Assembly (NCBI GenBank): GCA_963838775.1
Contig: CAWISP010000034.1
Coordinates: 13,689 to 77,688, forward strand
From: an uncultured Acidimicrobiales bacterium
GTDB taxonomy: Bacteria; Actinomycetota; Acidimicrobiia; Acidimicrobiales; UBA8190
Reading direction: 5' to 3'
Length of the DNA: 64,000 nt
Shown here: piece by piece, positions 27,641-36,173 of the stretch
Numbering within the stretch: the stretch's first letter is position 1
Layout: every line of letters starts with the position of its first letter
Program-made: the position numbers and the translations under genes
Notes under the pieces: generated by a model
Seen by the model: the letters and a program-made list of their open reading frames with translations, nothing else
Told to the model about the DNA's origin: nothing
Database searches by the model: none

Positions 27641-29095
27641 GTGCGCCGCCGCATCACCGTCGCCATCCTCGGGGTGGTCATCGGGACACTCGTGCTGACC
27701 GTGGTGGGCAGCGTCTTCCTCGTCCGCCGGGCCGCCATCTCGACCGCCGAGAACGAGCTCACCACCGAGGCCCAGGCCATCGGCGGGCTCATGTCCCTCG
27801 ACCCGACGTTCACGCGCCACAAGGTCGAGGACGTGCTGCGACGGGCCGGCGCCTTCGACCGCCTGACCCTGGTCGGCCTGGGGCCGACGGGCACCCTCGC
27901 CACAGTCCCCGCCCCCCTCGACGTACTGGTGCTCGACATCGCCGCCCTGCGCGCCGGAGACACCGTGGCCGGCAATGTGGGCCATGTCGTGTTCGTGGCG
28001 CAGCCTCTCGATCTGACGCCGGCCCAACGGGCCGCCCTCGACGACGGCCTGCCGGCGTCGGACGTGCGCATCCTCGTGGTCACCCGTCACGTCGCCGACC
28101 CCGTCAACGGCGTCGGCTATTTTTTCCTGGTGGCGGGGGTGGTGCTCCTCGCCGGCATCGCCGTGGCGGCCGCGCTCGCCCGCCGCATCAGCGCGCCCAT
28201 CGTCCGTGCCGTGGGGGCCACCCGCCAGATCGCCGATGGCAACCTGGCCGCCACGGTCCCCGTCGAGGACCGTGACTACCCGGAGTTGGCGGAGCTCGCC
28301 GAGGCCATCAACACCTTGGGCGAGAACCTCAGTCGGGCCCAGGGTCTCGAACGCGAGTTCCTGCTGTCGGTCTCCCACGAACTGCGCACGCCCCTGACGT
28401 CGATCCGTGGCTATGCCGATGCCATCACCGACGGCGCCACCGACGACGTTGCCGGTGCCGTGGGAATCATCGGGAGCGAGGCCCGGCGTCTCGAGCGACT
28501 GGTGCAGGACCTGCTCGACCTCGCCCGGTTGCAGGCGCGTCAGTTCTCGCTCCACACCCAACGCGTCGACTGCAACGCCGTGGCGAGGACCGTGGCCGAG
28601 GGATTCCAACCCGAAGCCACCGGCACCGGCGTCGACCTCGTGGCCGCGCCGGGCGGGGCACTGTGGGCCGACGCCGATCCCGACCGCGTGGGCCAGGTCA
28701 TCGCCAACCTCATCGAGAACGCGCTGAAGTTCGCCACCAGCAGGGTCGAGATCGGCACGCATCGACAAGACGGATGGATCGCCGTATGGGTCTCCGACGA
28801 CGGTCCGGGGATCAGCGCCGCCGACCTCCACCACATCTTCGAACGGCACTACCGCTCCGACCGCGTTCCGGGTCGCAAGCTCGGGGCCGGCCTGGGCCTC
28901 GCCATCGTGTCGGAGCTGGCCGCGGCCATGGGCGGCGTGGTCGACGCGCAGTCCCCGCTCGGTCACGGACGCGGCGCCCGCATGGTGCTGTGGCTGCGCA
29001 ACGCGCCGCCGCCCGACGGCCGCGAGGATCCCCCCGATACCAGCTCAGCAGGGGCGACGCTGACACCGGCGCTCCCCCTCCACCCCCCTGTGTAG
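27641..29095 (+). CDS. Sensor histidine kinase (two TM segments, HAMP, HisKA, HATPase_c)
   Basis: N-terminal TM helix, periplasmic-type loop, second TM and HAMP. H-box SHELRTPLTSIRGYA, N-box NLIENALKF, G-boxes DDGPGI and GAGLGLAIV. Confidence 0.88.
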   Translation: MRRRITVAILGVVIGTLVLTVVGSVFLVRRAAISTAENELTTEAQAIGGLMSLDPTFTRHKVEDVLRRAGAFDRLTLVGLGPTGTLATVPAPLDVLVLDIAALRAGDTVAGNVGHVVFVAQPLDLTPAQRAALDDGLPASDVRILVVTRHVADPVNGVGYFFLVAGVVLLAGIAVAAALARRISAPIVRAVGATRQIADGNLAATVPVEDRDYPELAELAEAINTLGENLSRAQGLEREFLLSVSHELRTPLTSIRGYADAITDGATDDVAGAVGIIGSEARRLERLVQDLLDLARLQARQFSLHTQRVDCNAVARTVAEGFQPEATGTGVDLVAAPGGALWADADPDRVGQVIANLIENALKFATSRVEIGTHRQDGWIAVWVSDDGPGISAADLHHIFERHYRSDRVPGRKLGAGLGLAIVSELAAAMGGVVDAQSPLGHGRGARMVLWLRNAPPPDGREDPPDTSSAGATLTPALPLHPPV

Positions 29096-29112
29096 GGGGA
29101 GCGCCGCTGGCG

Positions 29113-30174
29113 TCAGCCCCGGTTGCGACCCTGAGGCTCCCAACCGTCGAACCACAGTCCTGGCGATCCTCCAGCCTTCGGATAGGCGGGCTTGGCACTG
29201 GGCGGCTCGGACCACACGCTCGGCGCCGGCGTCGCTTCCAGGGCTTCCGCCACCGATGCCGTGGCCGGCATCGGGGTCGGTGCCAACCGCAGCACCCGCC
29301 GCAGCAGGCTGCGTGGCCGCTCGACCAGGGCCAGCACCACCGAGCCCAGGTACAGGACGATGAACCCGATCACGGCCACGAGCCACAGGTGGGGCCCGGG
29401 GCCCGTCGAGGCCAGAGCCGAGGTGGCCGGGGCCGCCGTGGTCGCCGTCGGGGCGGCCGTGGTGGCCGTCGGGGCGGCCGTGGTGGCCGTCGGGGCGGCC
29501 GTGGTGGTCGGGGCGGCGCCCGATGTGGTGGAGGCGATCACCGGTGACGCCTTGGCGGCCGTCGGCGCATTGGCGACGATGCCCGTGGTGGCGCTGTTGT
29601 TCGGGTACGGCGTGCACGTCAGGGCGAGTGTGCTGCCCGACACGTTGAGGGACAGTCCCACGGCCGGGTCGACGGTCAGGCTGATGGCGCCGCCCGAAGC
29701 CGTGAACGGGCCCACCGTGCCGGGCGTCGACGGCAGGACCAGGGACAGGCCCGTGGCCGGGACCGGGCTCGGGATGGGCGCCGCGATCGTGATCGGGGCA
29801 GCGGCCACGCTCGCCGGCGTGGCGCCGGTAGCGTCGACCTTCAGGGTGGCCATACCCGCGATCGAGGAGTTCCCCAGGGCGGCGGCGGCACCCACGATGG
29901 AAGCCGGCAGCGCCACCGTCGACTGGTAGTTGGTGAGATTGAACTGCGCCCCCGACGCCGGCGCGGCGGGCGTGATCGTCCCCGTCGTCACGACGTTGTT
30001 GAGCACGATGTTGCCGACGGGCGTTCCCGGGCAGTAGAGCTCGTAGGCAGACGAGTCGGCGAACGCCGACGGCGCCGAGGCGGCGAACAACGCGAACACG
30101 CCGACGCTTCCCCCTACCAGTCCGACCATGACGGCCGCGACAGCGCGTCCTCTGCGGCTCGACCTTGCCATCAT
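29113..30174 (-). CDS. Surface protein with one copy of the two-cysteine module of the 50159-53749 protein, plus a LASTG sorting signal and a long tail
   Basis: GGGGGGA SD then ATG-ATG at 30174. Signal peptide ...SAPSAFA/DSS. Module YELYCPGTPVGNIVLNNV...LTCTPYPNN...PVIAS. (PTATTAA)n stalk, LASTG at 29401-29415, TM helix, then about 70 further residues. Confidence 0.8.
   Translation of the reverse strand: MMARSSRRGRAVAAVMVGLVGGSVGVFALFAASAPSAFADSSAYELYCPGTPVGNIVLNNVVTTGTITPAAPASGAQFNLTNYQSTVALPASIVGAAAALGNSSIAGMATLKVDATGATPASVAAAPITIAAPIPSPVPATGLSLVLPSTPGTVGPFTASGGAISLTVDPAVGLSLNVSGSTLALTCTPYPNNSATTGIVANAPTAAKASPVIASTTSGAAPTTTAAPTATTAAPTATTAAPTATTAAPATSALASTGPGPHLWLVAVIGFIVLYLGSVVLALVERPRSLLRRVLRLAPTPMPATASVAEALEATPAPSVWSEPPSAKPAYPKAGGSPGLWFDGWEPQGRNRG
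29431..29511. repeat. In-frame 21-bp tandem repeat (about 3.9 copies) encoding (PTATTAA)n in the stalk of the surface protein
   Basis: GGCGGCCGTGGTGGCCGTCGG repeats almost perfectly on the plus strand. Translation on the minus strand is AAPTATTAAPTATTAAPTATTAAP. Confidence 0.85.
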
Positions 30175-30411
30175 TCCCCCCCTATTCGGCGGCATCTTCG
30201 ACTTCATCAGTGCCACGACCTCCCCGGTCACCCGAGCCGGCTGCGATGGCCCCGCTCGAATGGCCCCTGACGGGCACCATGACGCGCGAGGGCGTTCGCC
30301 TGCAACACCTCTTACGCACGTTACGGAACGCCGCCCGCCTCGGCATCATCACGATTGACGATTTCCTGTCGCCCAGTTTCGCCGCTCTGACCTGGGAGAA
30401 CGTCTGCAGGG

Positions 30412-30442
30412 CGCGAAAAGAAGGGCTCACGGGGGTGAGCTC
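30412..30442 (-). terminator. Candidate intrinsic terminator downstream of the REC-GGDEF-EAL gene
   Basis: Minus-strand RNA GAGCUCAC-CCCC-GUGAGC followed by CCUUCUUUUCG, 26 nt after the stop at 30468. The stem is only 6 bp. Confidence 0.4.
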
Positions 30443-30467
30443 GTCCGAGTCTCGAGACCCAGAACAA

Positions 30468-32267
30468 CTATGCCTCGGGCGCCGCCCAGACTTGCTCGCG
30501 CGGTCCCGGATGGCCGAGGTGGTATCCCTGGGCGAACTCGCAGCCGATCACCCGCAGCGCAGCGGCTTGCGCCGGGGTCTCGACACCTTCTGCCACGAGC
30601 GACAACCGAAGCTCGTGGCCGAGGGCGATCAGCGCCCGCACCATGACGGCCCCGTGAGGGTTGCTGGTCGAGTCCAGCGCAGCCACGAATTCGGGGGCGA
30701 TCTTCAACGAGGAGATGGGGAGGTCCTGGAGCCACGACAGGTTGCACTCCCGGGCGCCGAAATCGTCGAGGTTGAAGCGCACGCCCATCTGGCTCAACGC
30801 CACGACGGCGGCCGGCGACGCGGCAGCCACCCGGGCGGCGTCGTCGGACAGGTCGATGCTGAGCATGGTGGGGGCGACGCCGTGCTTGCGGGTGAGCTCC
30901 TCGAAGGTCTGTGCGAAGCCCGGGTCGCTCAATTCCCGTCCCGAGACGTTGATGGTCAACCGGAAGTGGTCGGGCAGGTTCTCGGCCTGACGCCACAGGA
31001 CCAGCTCGGTGAGGGCGCGGTCGAGGGTCCACCGGCCCAGCGCTTCGGCCATGCCGACCTCGCCCGCCACGTCGAGGAATTCGCCCGGCAAGAGCAATCC
31101 CTGATCGGGCCGCTGCCACCGCAGGAGCGCTTCGGCACCCACGACCTGACCGCTGTGGAGGTCCACCACGGGCTGGTAGAACAGCGCCAGCTCACCGTTG
31201 TCCATGGCGTTTTGGAGCCCGTGCTCGATCTCGAAGCGAGACACGACACGGTCGCGCATGGACGGGTCGAACATGCGCGACGCCCGGCCCTCGTCGCGGG
31301 CCCAGTACATGGCCAGCTCGGCGTTCTCGAGCACGTTGTCGGCGGTCTCGCCGGCCTGTGTCGGGTTGGTGAGCACGATACCGACGGTGGGCCGAACCCG
31401 GTGCTCCACCCCATGCACGATGACAGGACGGGCCGCGCCGTCGAGGATGAGGCTGGCGATGCGCATGGCGTCGGCGTCGGAGTGCACGTCCGCACATGCC
31501 ACCACGAACTTGTCGTTGCCCACCCTCGACACGATGTCGGTCTTGCGACGGGCCACCGACAACCGGCTCGCCACCTCGCGCGCCACTTGCTCGGCCGCAC
31601 CCGCTCCGAATTGCTGGTTCACGTCCTGCCAGCCATCGAGCTCGACAAAGAGCACGGCCAACGCGCTCCCGGCGCGCTGAGCGCCTGCCAGGGCGGCGTC
31701 GAGCTGCTCCTCGACGAGCGCACGGTTGGGCGGCTCTGCGAAGAGGTCGTCGGCGGCCTCGGGAGCCATGGTGGGCTCCGCCGCAGCCGCAGCCGGAGCC
31801 GGAGCCGGCGGCGGCGGCGCCTGCGCCTGCTCGGTCATCTCTTCGATGACCCGCGCCAAGCGGTGGTTCTCGACCGCCAGCGCCCGCTGCGTCAGCGCGT
31901 TGCGGACGGTCTGGACGAATGCCTGGGGCACGAGGGGCTTGACCAGCAGCCCGTCGAGATGTGCCGACGCGGCCAGCGCGCTGTCGAGCGAAGCGAGGCC
32001 CGTGAGCAACAAGACGGGCGTGTCGGGGTCCTCTTCCTTGAGCCTGCGGGCCAACTCGACCCCGGTGTGGTCGGCGAGCTGGTGGTCGACCACCACGGCG
32101 GCGGGACGCTGCAGGCCGTGCAACGTCAGGGCCTCAGTCGGGTCCGATGCCACGAACACCTCGATGCCCGCCCCCTTGAGCACCGACGCGAGGCTCTCCC
32201 TGGTGGCCTGATCGTCGTCGACGACAAGGACCGAGTCCTCTAGCACGCTGGGTTGGAACGCAGACAA
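30468..32267 (-). CDS. Response-regulator receiver - degenerate GGDEF - EAL protein (probable c-di-GMP phosphodiesterase)
   Basis: REC (VLVVDDDQATRESL...VVVDHQLADHTG...GLLVKP). GGDEF-type domain with GNDKF in place of GG[D/E]EF. EAL domain with GAEALLRW, DDFG, and the C-terminal EGVE...QGY motifs. Confidence 0.88.
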   Translation of the reverse strand: MSAFQPSVLEDSVLVVDDDQATRESLASVLKGAGIEVFVASDPTEALTLHGLQRPAAVVVDHQLADHTGVELARRLKEEDPDTPVLLLTGLASLDSALAASAHLDGLLVKPLVPQAFVQTVRNALTQRALAVENHRLARVIEEMTEQAQAPPPPAPAPAAAAAEPTMAPEAADDLFAEPPNRALVEEQLDAALAGAQRAGSALAVLFVELDGWQDVNQQFGAGAAEQVAREVASRLSVARRKTDIVSRVGNDKFVVACADVHSDADAMRIASLILDGAARPVIVHGVEHRVRPTVGIVLTNPTQAGETADNVLENAELAMYWARDEGRASRMFDPSMRDRVVSRFEIEHGLQNAMDNGELALFYQPVVDLHSGQVVGAEALLRWQRPDQGLLLPGEFLDVAGEVGMAEALGRWTLDRALTELVLWRQAENLPDHFRLTINVSGRELSDPGFAQTFEELTRKHGVAPTMLSIDLSDDAARVAAASPAAVVALSQMGVRFNLDDFGARECNLSWLQDLPISSLKIAPEFVAALDSTSNPHGAVMVRALIALGHELRLSLVAEGVETPAQAAALRVIGCEFAQGYHLGHPGPREQVWAAPEA

Positions 32268-32518
32268 CGGAAGGCCCCCCTACAAGCTCCAGGTCGACTT
32301 GGACGACGAGGTTCCGCCGTCCGAGCACGCCTCTCAGTGATGATCCACCCGCGGCCTTCGTCTTCAGGAAACACCCGCCGCCAGGTCAGCCGCTACCCGG
32401 TGTCCGGTAACAACCAAGCATCTCACCACTCCTCGCGCGAAGTCAACGTCGGCACGTCGGTCGTTGCCGGAATGATGCGGTATGCCCAGGGAACTCACCA
32501 CGCTCCGTGGTAGTCTAC

Positions 32519-33136
32519 TCACAGCTCGTGCGGCGACGACACCTCGGCAGCGTCCAATGCCCCCAGAACCCGGTCCACGGCGTCGGACAGGGGGAGGTGG
32601 TGGCCCACCACCAGGTCCGGATCGGTGGGCGGCTCGTAGGGGTGATCGAACCCGGTAAAGGACGTGATGGCCCCGACCGAGGCCCGGGCGTAGAGCCCCT
32701 TCGGGTCGCGTTGGGCGCACACCGAGATCGGGGTGGCAACGTAGACCTCGACGAACTTCACCCCCGCATCCTCGTGCAGGGCCCGGGCCCGGGCCCGCCC
32801 CTTGGCGTAGGGGCTGATGAGCGCGGCCAGGGCGATGAGGCCGGCGTCCGCGAACAGCAGGGCCACCTCCGACACACGGCGCACGTTCTCCTCGCGGCCT
32901 TCGGGACTGAAGCCGAGGTCCACGTTGAGCCCGCTCCGGATGTTGTCGCCGTCGAGGCGGTAGGCGGGTCGCCCGCTCGCCACCAGACGCTCCTCGACCG
33001 CCGCGGCCAGGGTCGACTTCCCCGACCCGGACAATCCGGTGAACCAGACGGTGGCCCCCTTGGTCCCGAGCGTGTCCCAGCGATCGGCCCGGGTGAGACG
33101 ACCCACCGACCACACGACGTCAGAGGCCGGGGTCAT
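32519..33136 (-). CDS. cysC: Adenylylsulfate (APS) kinase
   Basis: P-loop GLSGSGKST, LDGDNIR and the ISPY motif. ATG 33136 lies 2 nt after the cysN stop. The rest of track ORF 32519-33808 is an out-of-frame overlap with cysN. Confidence 0.9.
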   Translation of the reverse strand: MTPASDVVWSVGRLTRADRWDTLGTKGATVWFTGLSGSGKSTLAAAVEERLVASGRPAYRLDGDNIRSGLNVDLGFSPEGREENVRRVSEVALLFADAGLIALAALISPYAKGRARARALHEDAGVKFVEVYVATPISVCAQRDPKGLYARASVGAITSFTGFDHPYEPPTDPDLVVGHHLPLSDAVDRVLGALDAAEVSSPHEL

Positions 33137-33138
33137 CG

Positions 33139-34389
33139 TCAGTCGGCTCCGAGGATCATGCCGGCGCCGACGGTGGCGTTGGTGTCTTCGGATGCCAAGA
33201 CGAACGACCCGGTGAAGCGGTTGCGGCGGTAGCTGTCGTAGAAGAGGGGCTGGGTCACCCGCAGGCTCACCCTCCCCACCTCGTTGAGCTTCAGCGCGTT
33301 GATCGAGTCGTCGCGGTGCAGCGTGTTGACGTTCAGGCCGTAGTGCACGTGCCGCACCTGGGCCCGTACCCAGCGCGTCGTGTGCTTCAGGGCCACGACG
33401 TCGCCCTCGGTCAACGGCCGGTCGGCCATCCAGCACAGCATGGCGTCGATGTCCTGGCCCACGGTGGGCTGGTTGTGCGGACGGCAGATGAGGTCGCCGC
33501 GCGAGACGTCGAGGTCCTCGGCGAGCCGGACCATCACCGACATGGGGGCGAACGCCTCCTCCACGGGGCCGTCGAAGGTGTCGATCGCCGCGATCGTGGT
33601 GCTGAGGCCCGAAGGCAGCACCATGACCTCGTCGCCGGGCCGGAACACCCCGCCCGCCACCCGCCCGGCGTAACCCCGGAAATCGGGCACCGTCGACGCC
33701 GTGGGCCGCACCACCCACTGCACGGGCAGCCGGGGGTCGATCAGGTTCCGGTCCGAGGCGATGTAGACCTGCTCGAGATGGTGCAGAAGCGACGGGCCCT
33801 CGTACCACGACATGTTGAGGGACCGCTGCACGACGTTGTCGCCGTGGAGCGCCGAGATCGGGATGAAAGCTAGATCCGTGACCTCGAGGCGCGTGGCGAA
33901 CGCCTTGAATTCCTCGCGGATCCTCGAGAAGACGGCCTCATCGTAGTCCACAAGGTCCATCTTGTTGACGCACACGAGCAGATGCGGGACCCGCAACAGC
34001 GACGCCAGGAAGGCATGGCGCCTGGTCTGCTCGACGATCCCTTTGCGTGCGTCGACGAGGACGAGCGTGAGATCGGCCGTCGAGTTCCCGGTCACCATGT
34101 TGCGCGTGTACTGGATGTGGCCCGGGGTGTCGGCGATGATGAATTTCCGCAGGGGCGTGGCGAAGTAGCGGTAGGCGACGTCGATCGTGATGCCCTGCTC
34201 GCGCTCGGCCCGCAACCCGTCGGTCAACAGGGCGAGGTCGGTGTACTCGTCGCCGCGCTGGCGACTCAGGCGCTCGACCGCCTCGAGCTGGTCCTCGAAG
34301 ATGGCTTTGGAGTCGTAGAGGAGCCGACCGATGAGCGTGCTCTTACCGTCGTCGACCGAACCGGCGGTGGCGAATCGGAGGAGCTCCAT
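33139..34389 (-). CDS. cysN: Sulfate adenylyltransferase subunit 1 (GTPase)
   Basis: LRFATAGSVDDGKSTLIGRLL (G1), DTPGH (G3), NKMD (G4). ATG 34389 lies 2 nt after the cysD stop. Confidence 0.92.
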   Translation of the reverse strand: MELLRFATAGSVDDGKSTLIGRLLYDSKAIFEDQLEAVERLSRQRGDEYTDLALLTDGLRAEREQGITIDVAYRYFATPLRKFIIADTPGHIQYTRNMVTGNSTADLTLVLVDARKGIVEQTRRHAFLASLLRVPHLLVCVNKMDLVDYDEAVFSRIREEFKAFATRLEVTDLAFIPISALHGDNVVQRSLNMSWYEGPSLLHHLEQVYIASDRNLIDPRLPVQWVVRPTASTVPDFRGYAGRVAGGVFRPGDEVMVLPSGLSTTIAAIDTFDGPVEEAFAPMSVMVRLAEDLDVSRGDLICRPHNQPTVGQDIDAMLCWMADRPLTEGDVVALKHTTRWVRAQVRHVHYGLNVNTLHRDDSINALKLNEVGRVSLRVTQPLFYDSYRRNRFTGSFVLASEDTNATVGAGMILGAD

Positions 34390-34391
34390 GC

Positions 34392-35318
34392 CTAGAAGTA
34401 CCCCTCCCGCTTGCGGTCCTCCATCGAGGCCTCGCTGAAGCGGTCGTCGGCACGGGTGGCGCCGCGCTCGGTGAGCCGCGACACCGCCGTCTCGGCGATG
34501 ATCTCGTCCACGGTCACCGCCGTCGATTCGACGGCGCCGGTACACGTCATGTCACCCACGGTGCGGTAGCGGACGTTGGTATCGAAAGGCTCTTCGTCGT
34601 CGAGGACCGTCACGAACAGATTGAGGGCCAGCAGCATCCCGTCGCGCCGGAACACGGTGCGACGGTGCGAGAAGTAGATCGAAGGCACCTCGATGTGCTC
34701 CTGCGCGATGTACTGCCAGATGTCGAGCTCGGTCCAGTCCGACAACGGGAACACCCGGATGTGCTCTCCGCTGCGATGACGGCCGTTGAAGAGCCCCCAC
34801 AACTCCGGGCGCTGATTCTTCGGGTCCCACTGTCCGAACTCGTCGCGAAACGAGTAGACGCGCTCCTTGGCCCGGGCCTTCTCCTCGTCACGGCGGGCGC
34901 CGCCGAAGACGGCGTCGAAACGATGCTCGGTGATGGCGTCGAGCAGCGTTCTCGTCTGCAGGCGGTTGCGCGACGGGTTCGGGCCCGGGTCTTCTACCAC
35001 CCGTCCGCTGTCGATGGACTCCTGGACCGAGGCGATCTTGAGCTGGGCGTCGAGCTCTGCCACCCGACGGTCACGGAAGTCGAGGACCTCCGGAAAATTG
35101 TGACCGGTGTCCACATGCATGACCGGGAACGGCAGTCGTGCCGGCCAGAAGGCCTTTTCGGCCAGCCGGAGCATGACCACCGAGTCCTTACCGCCCGAGA
35201 ACAGCAAGACGGGACGTTCGAACTCGGCCACGACCTCGCGCATGATGTGGACGGACTGGGCCTCGAGGGCCTCGAGATGAGAAAGTTGGTACTGCCCGGC
35301 CCCCGCACGTCCCCCCAT
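34392..35318 (-). CDS. cysD: Sulfate adenylyltransferase subunit 2
   Basis: LSHLEALEAQSVHIMREV, PP-loop LFSGGKDS, and FPLSDWTELDIWQYI motifs. ATG 35318 was chosen; the longer track start overlaps cysQ on the other strand. Confidence 0.92.
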   Translation of the reverse strand: MGGRAGAGQYQLSHLEALEAQSVHIMREVVAEFERPVLLFSGGKDSVVMLRLAEKAFWPARLPFPVMHVDTGHNFPEVLDFRDRRVAELDAQLKIASVQESIDSGRVVEDPGPNPSRNRLQTRTLLDAITEHRFDAVFGGARRDEEKARAKERVYSFRDEFGQWDPKNQRPELWGLFNGRHRSGEHIRVFPLSDWTELDIWQYIAQEHIEVPSIYFSHRRTVFRRDGMLLALNLFVTVLDDEEPFDTNVRYRTVGDMTCTGAVESTAVTVDEIIAETAVSRLTERGATRADDRFSEASMEDRKREGYF

Positions 35319-35400
35319 AGAACAACGAGAATAGCTTGGCCTTGTCTCTTTCCGATACGTCCCGCGGCCTCGACCTCCCGGGCCCGACCCCAACCCAGGA

Positions 35401-36168
35401 GTGAATTTGGCGACGATCGACGACGACGAGCTGGCCGCCTCTATCGCCGAGCAGGCCGGGCATGTCCTGGTGGAGCTGAGGCACCACATCGGGCTCGACG
35501 ACGCCAAGGCCCTCGGGGGGGAGGGTGACCGGCGCTCGAACGAGCTCATCATGGCCGCTCTCCACGACGCCCGTCCCCACGATGCCGTGCTCTCCGAGGA
35601 AGGAGGCGACGACACCGCAGGGCCCGATCGCGACGGCGCCCGCAGGGTGTGGGTCGTCGACCCTCTCGACGGGACCCGCGAATACTCCGAGGGGCGCGAC
35701 GACTTCGCCGTCCACGTCGGACTCCTGCTCGACGGCCTGCCGATGGTGGGGGCTGTGGCGCTGCCCGGCGAGGGCATCGTTTTCGTCACCGGGGCGCGGC
35801 GCTCTCGGTCCCGGACGCTGGCGCCGCGCGCCGAGGGCCCGTTGCGCATCGCCGTGAGCCGCTCCCGGCCCCCCGTCGAGGCCAAGCGCGTGGCGGCGCG
35901 CCTCGACGCGCAGCTCGTCCCCATGGGGTCGGCGGGTGCCAAGACCGCGGCGGTGCTCCGGGGAACCGTCGACGCCTACGTGCACGCCGGAGGACAGTAC
36001 GAGTGGGACTCGGCCGCGCCCGTGGCCGTCGCCCACGCCTACGGCGCCTACGCGGCACGCCTCGACGGCTCGGCACTGCTCTACAACCGGCCCGACCCGT
36101 GGCTTCCCGATCTCCTGGTGTGCCGTCCCGAGCTGTCGAAGGACATCCTCGACGCCGTGCCCGCCTAG
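35401..36168 (+). CDS. cysQ: 3'(2'),5'-bisphosphate nucleotidase / inositol-monophosphatase family
   Basis: LSEE metal motif, WVVDPLDGT and WDSAA motifs. Divergent from cysDNC. TTG 35407 behind AGGAG is an alternative start. Confidence 0.8.
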   Translation: MNLATIDDDELAASIAEQAGHVLVELRHHIGLDDAKALGGEGDRRSNELIMAALHDARPHDAVLSEEGGDDTAGPDRDGARRVWVVDPLDGTREYSEGRDDFAVHVGLLLDGLPMVGAVALPGEGIVFVTGARRSRSRTLAPRAEGPLRIAVSRSRPPVEAKRVAARLDAQLVPMGSAGAKTAAVLRGTVDAYVHAGGQYEWDSAAPVAVAHAYGAYAARLDGSALLYNRPDPWLPDLLVCRPELSKDILDAVPA

Positions 36169-36173
36169 CGCCC

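Noticed and set aside
30165-32243. 692-aa ORF antisense to the REC-GGDEF-EAL gene. Similar long antisense ORFs occur at 25146-26867, 54830-56980, 59515-61173 and 62026-63729.
   Set aside because: All overlap genes with clear family motifs on the other strand and show shadow-ORF composition.
33136-33141. cysN and cysC as a possible broken cysNC fusion (the two are fused in mycobacteria)
   Set aside because: cysN ends with a clean TGA, and cysC begins 2 nt later with its own ATG and a complete N-terminus. This is a normal unfused arrangement with no evidence of a lesion.
34392-35942. Long N-terminal extensions suggested by the track for cysD (to 35942), hisC (to 47301), the VIT gene (to 55095), cysN, hisH and hisA
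   Set aside because: The extensions overlap neighbouring conserved genes and are compositionally junk. Internal starts that abut or overlap the upstream stop (ATGA/GTGA) give proteins of canonical length.
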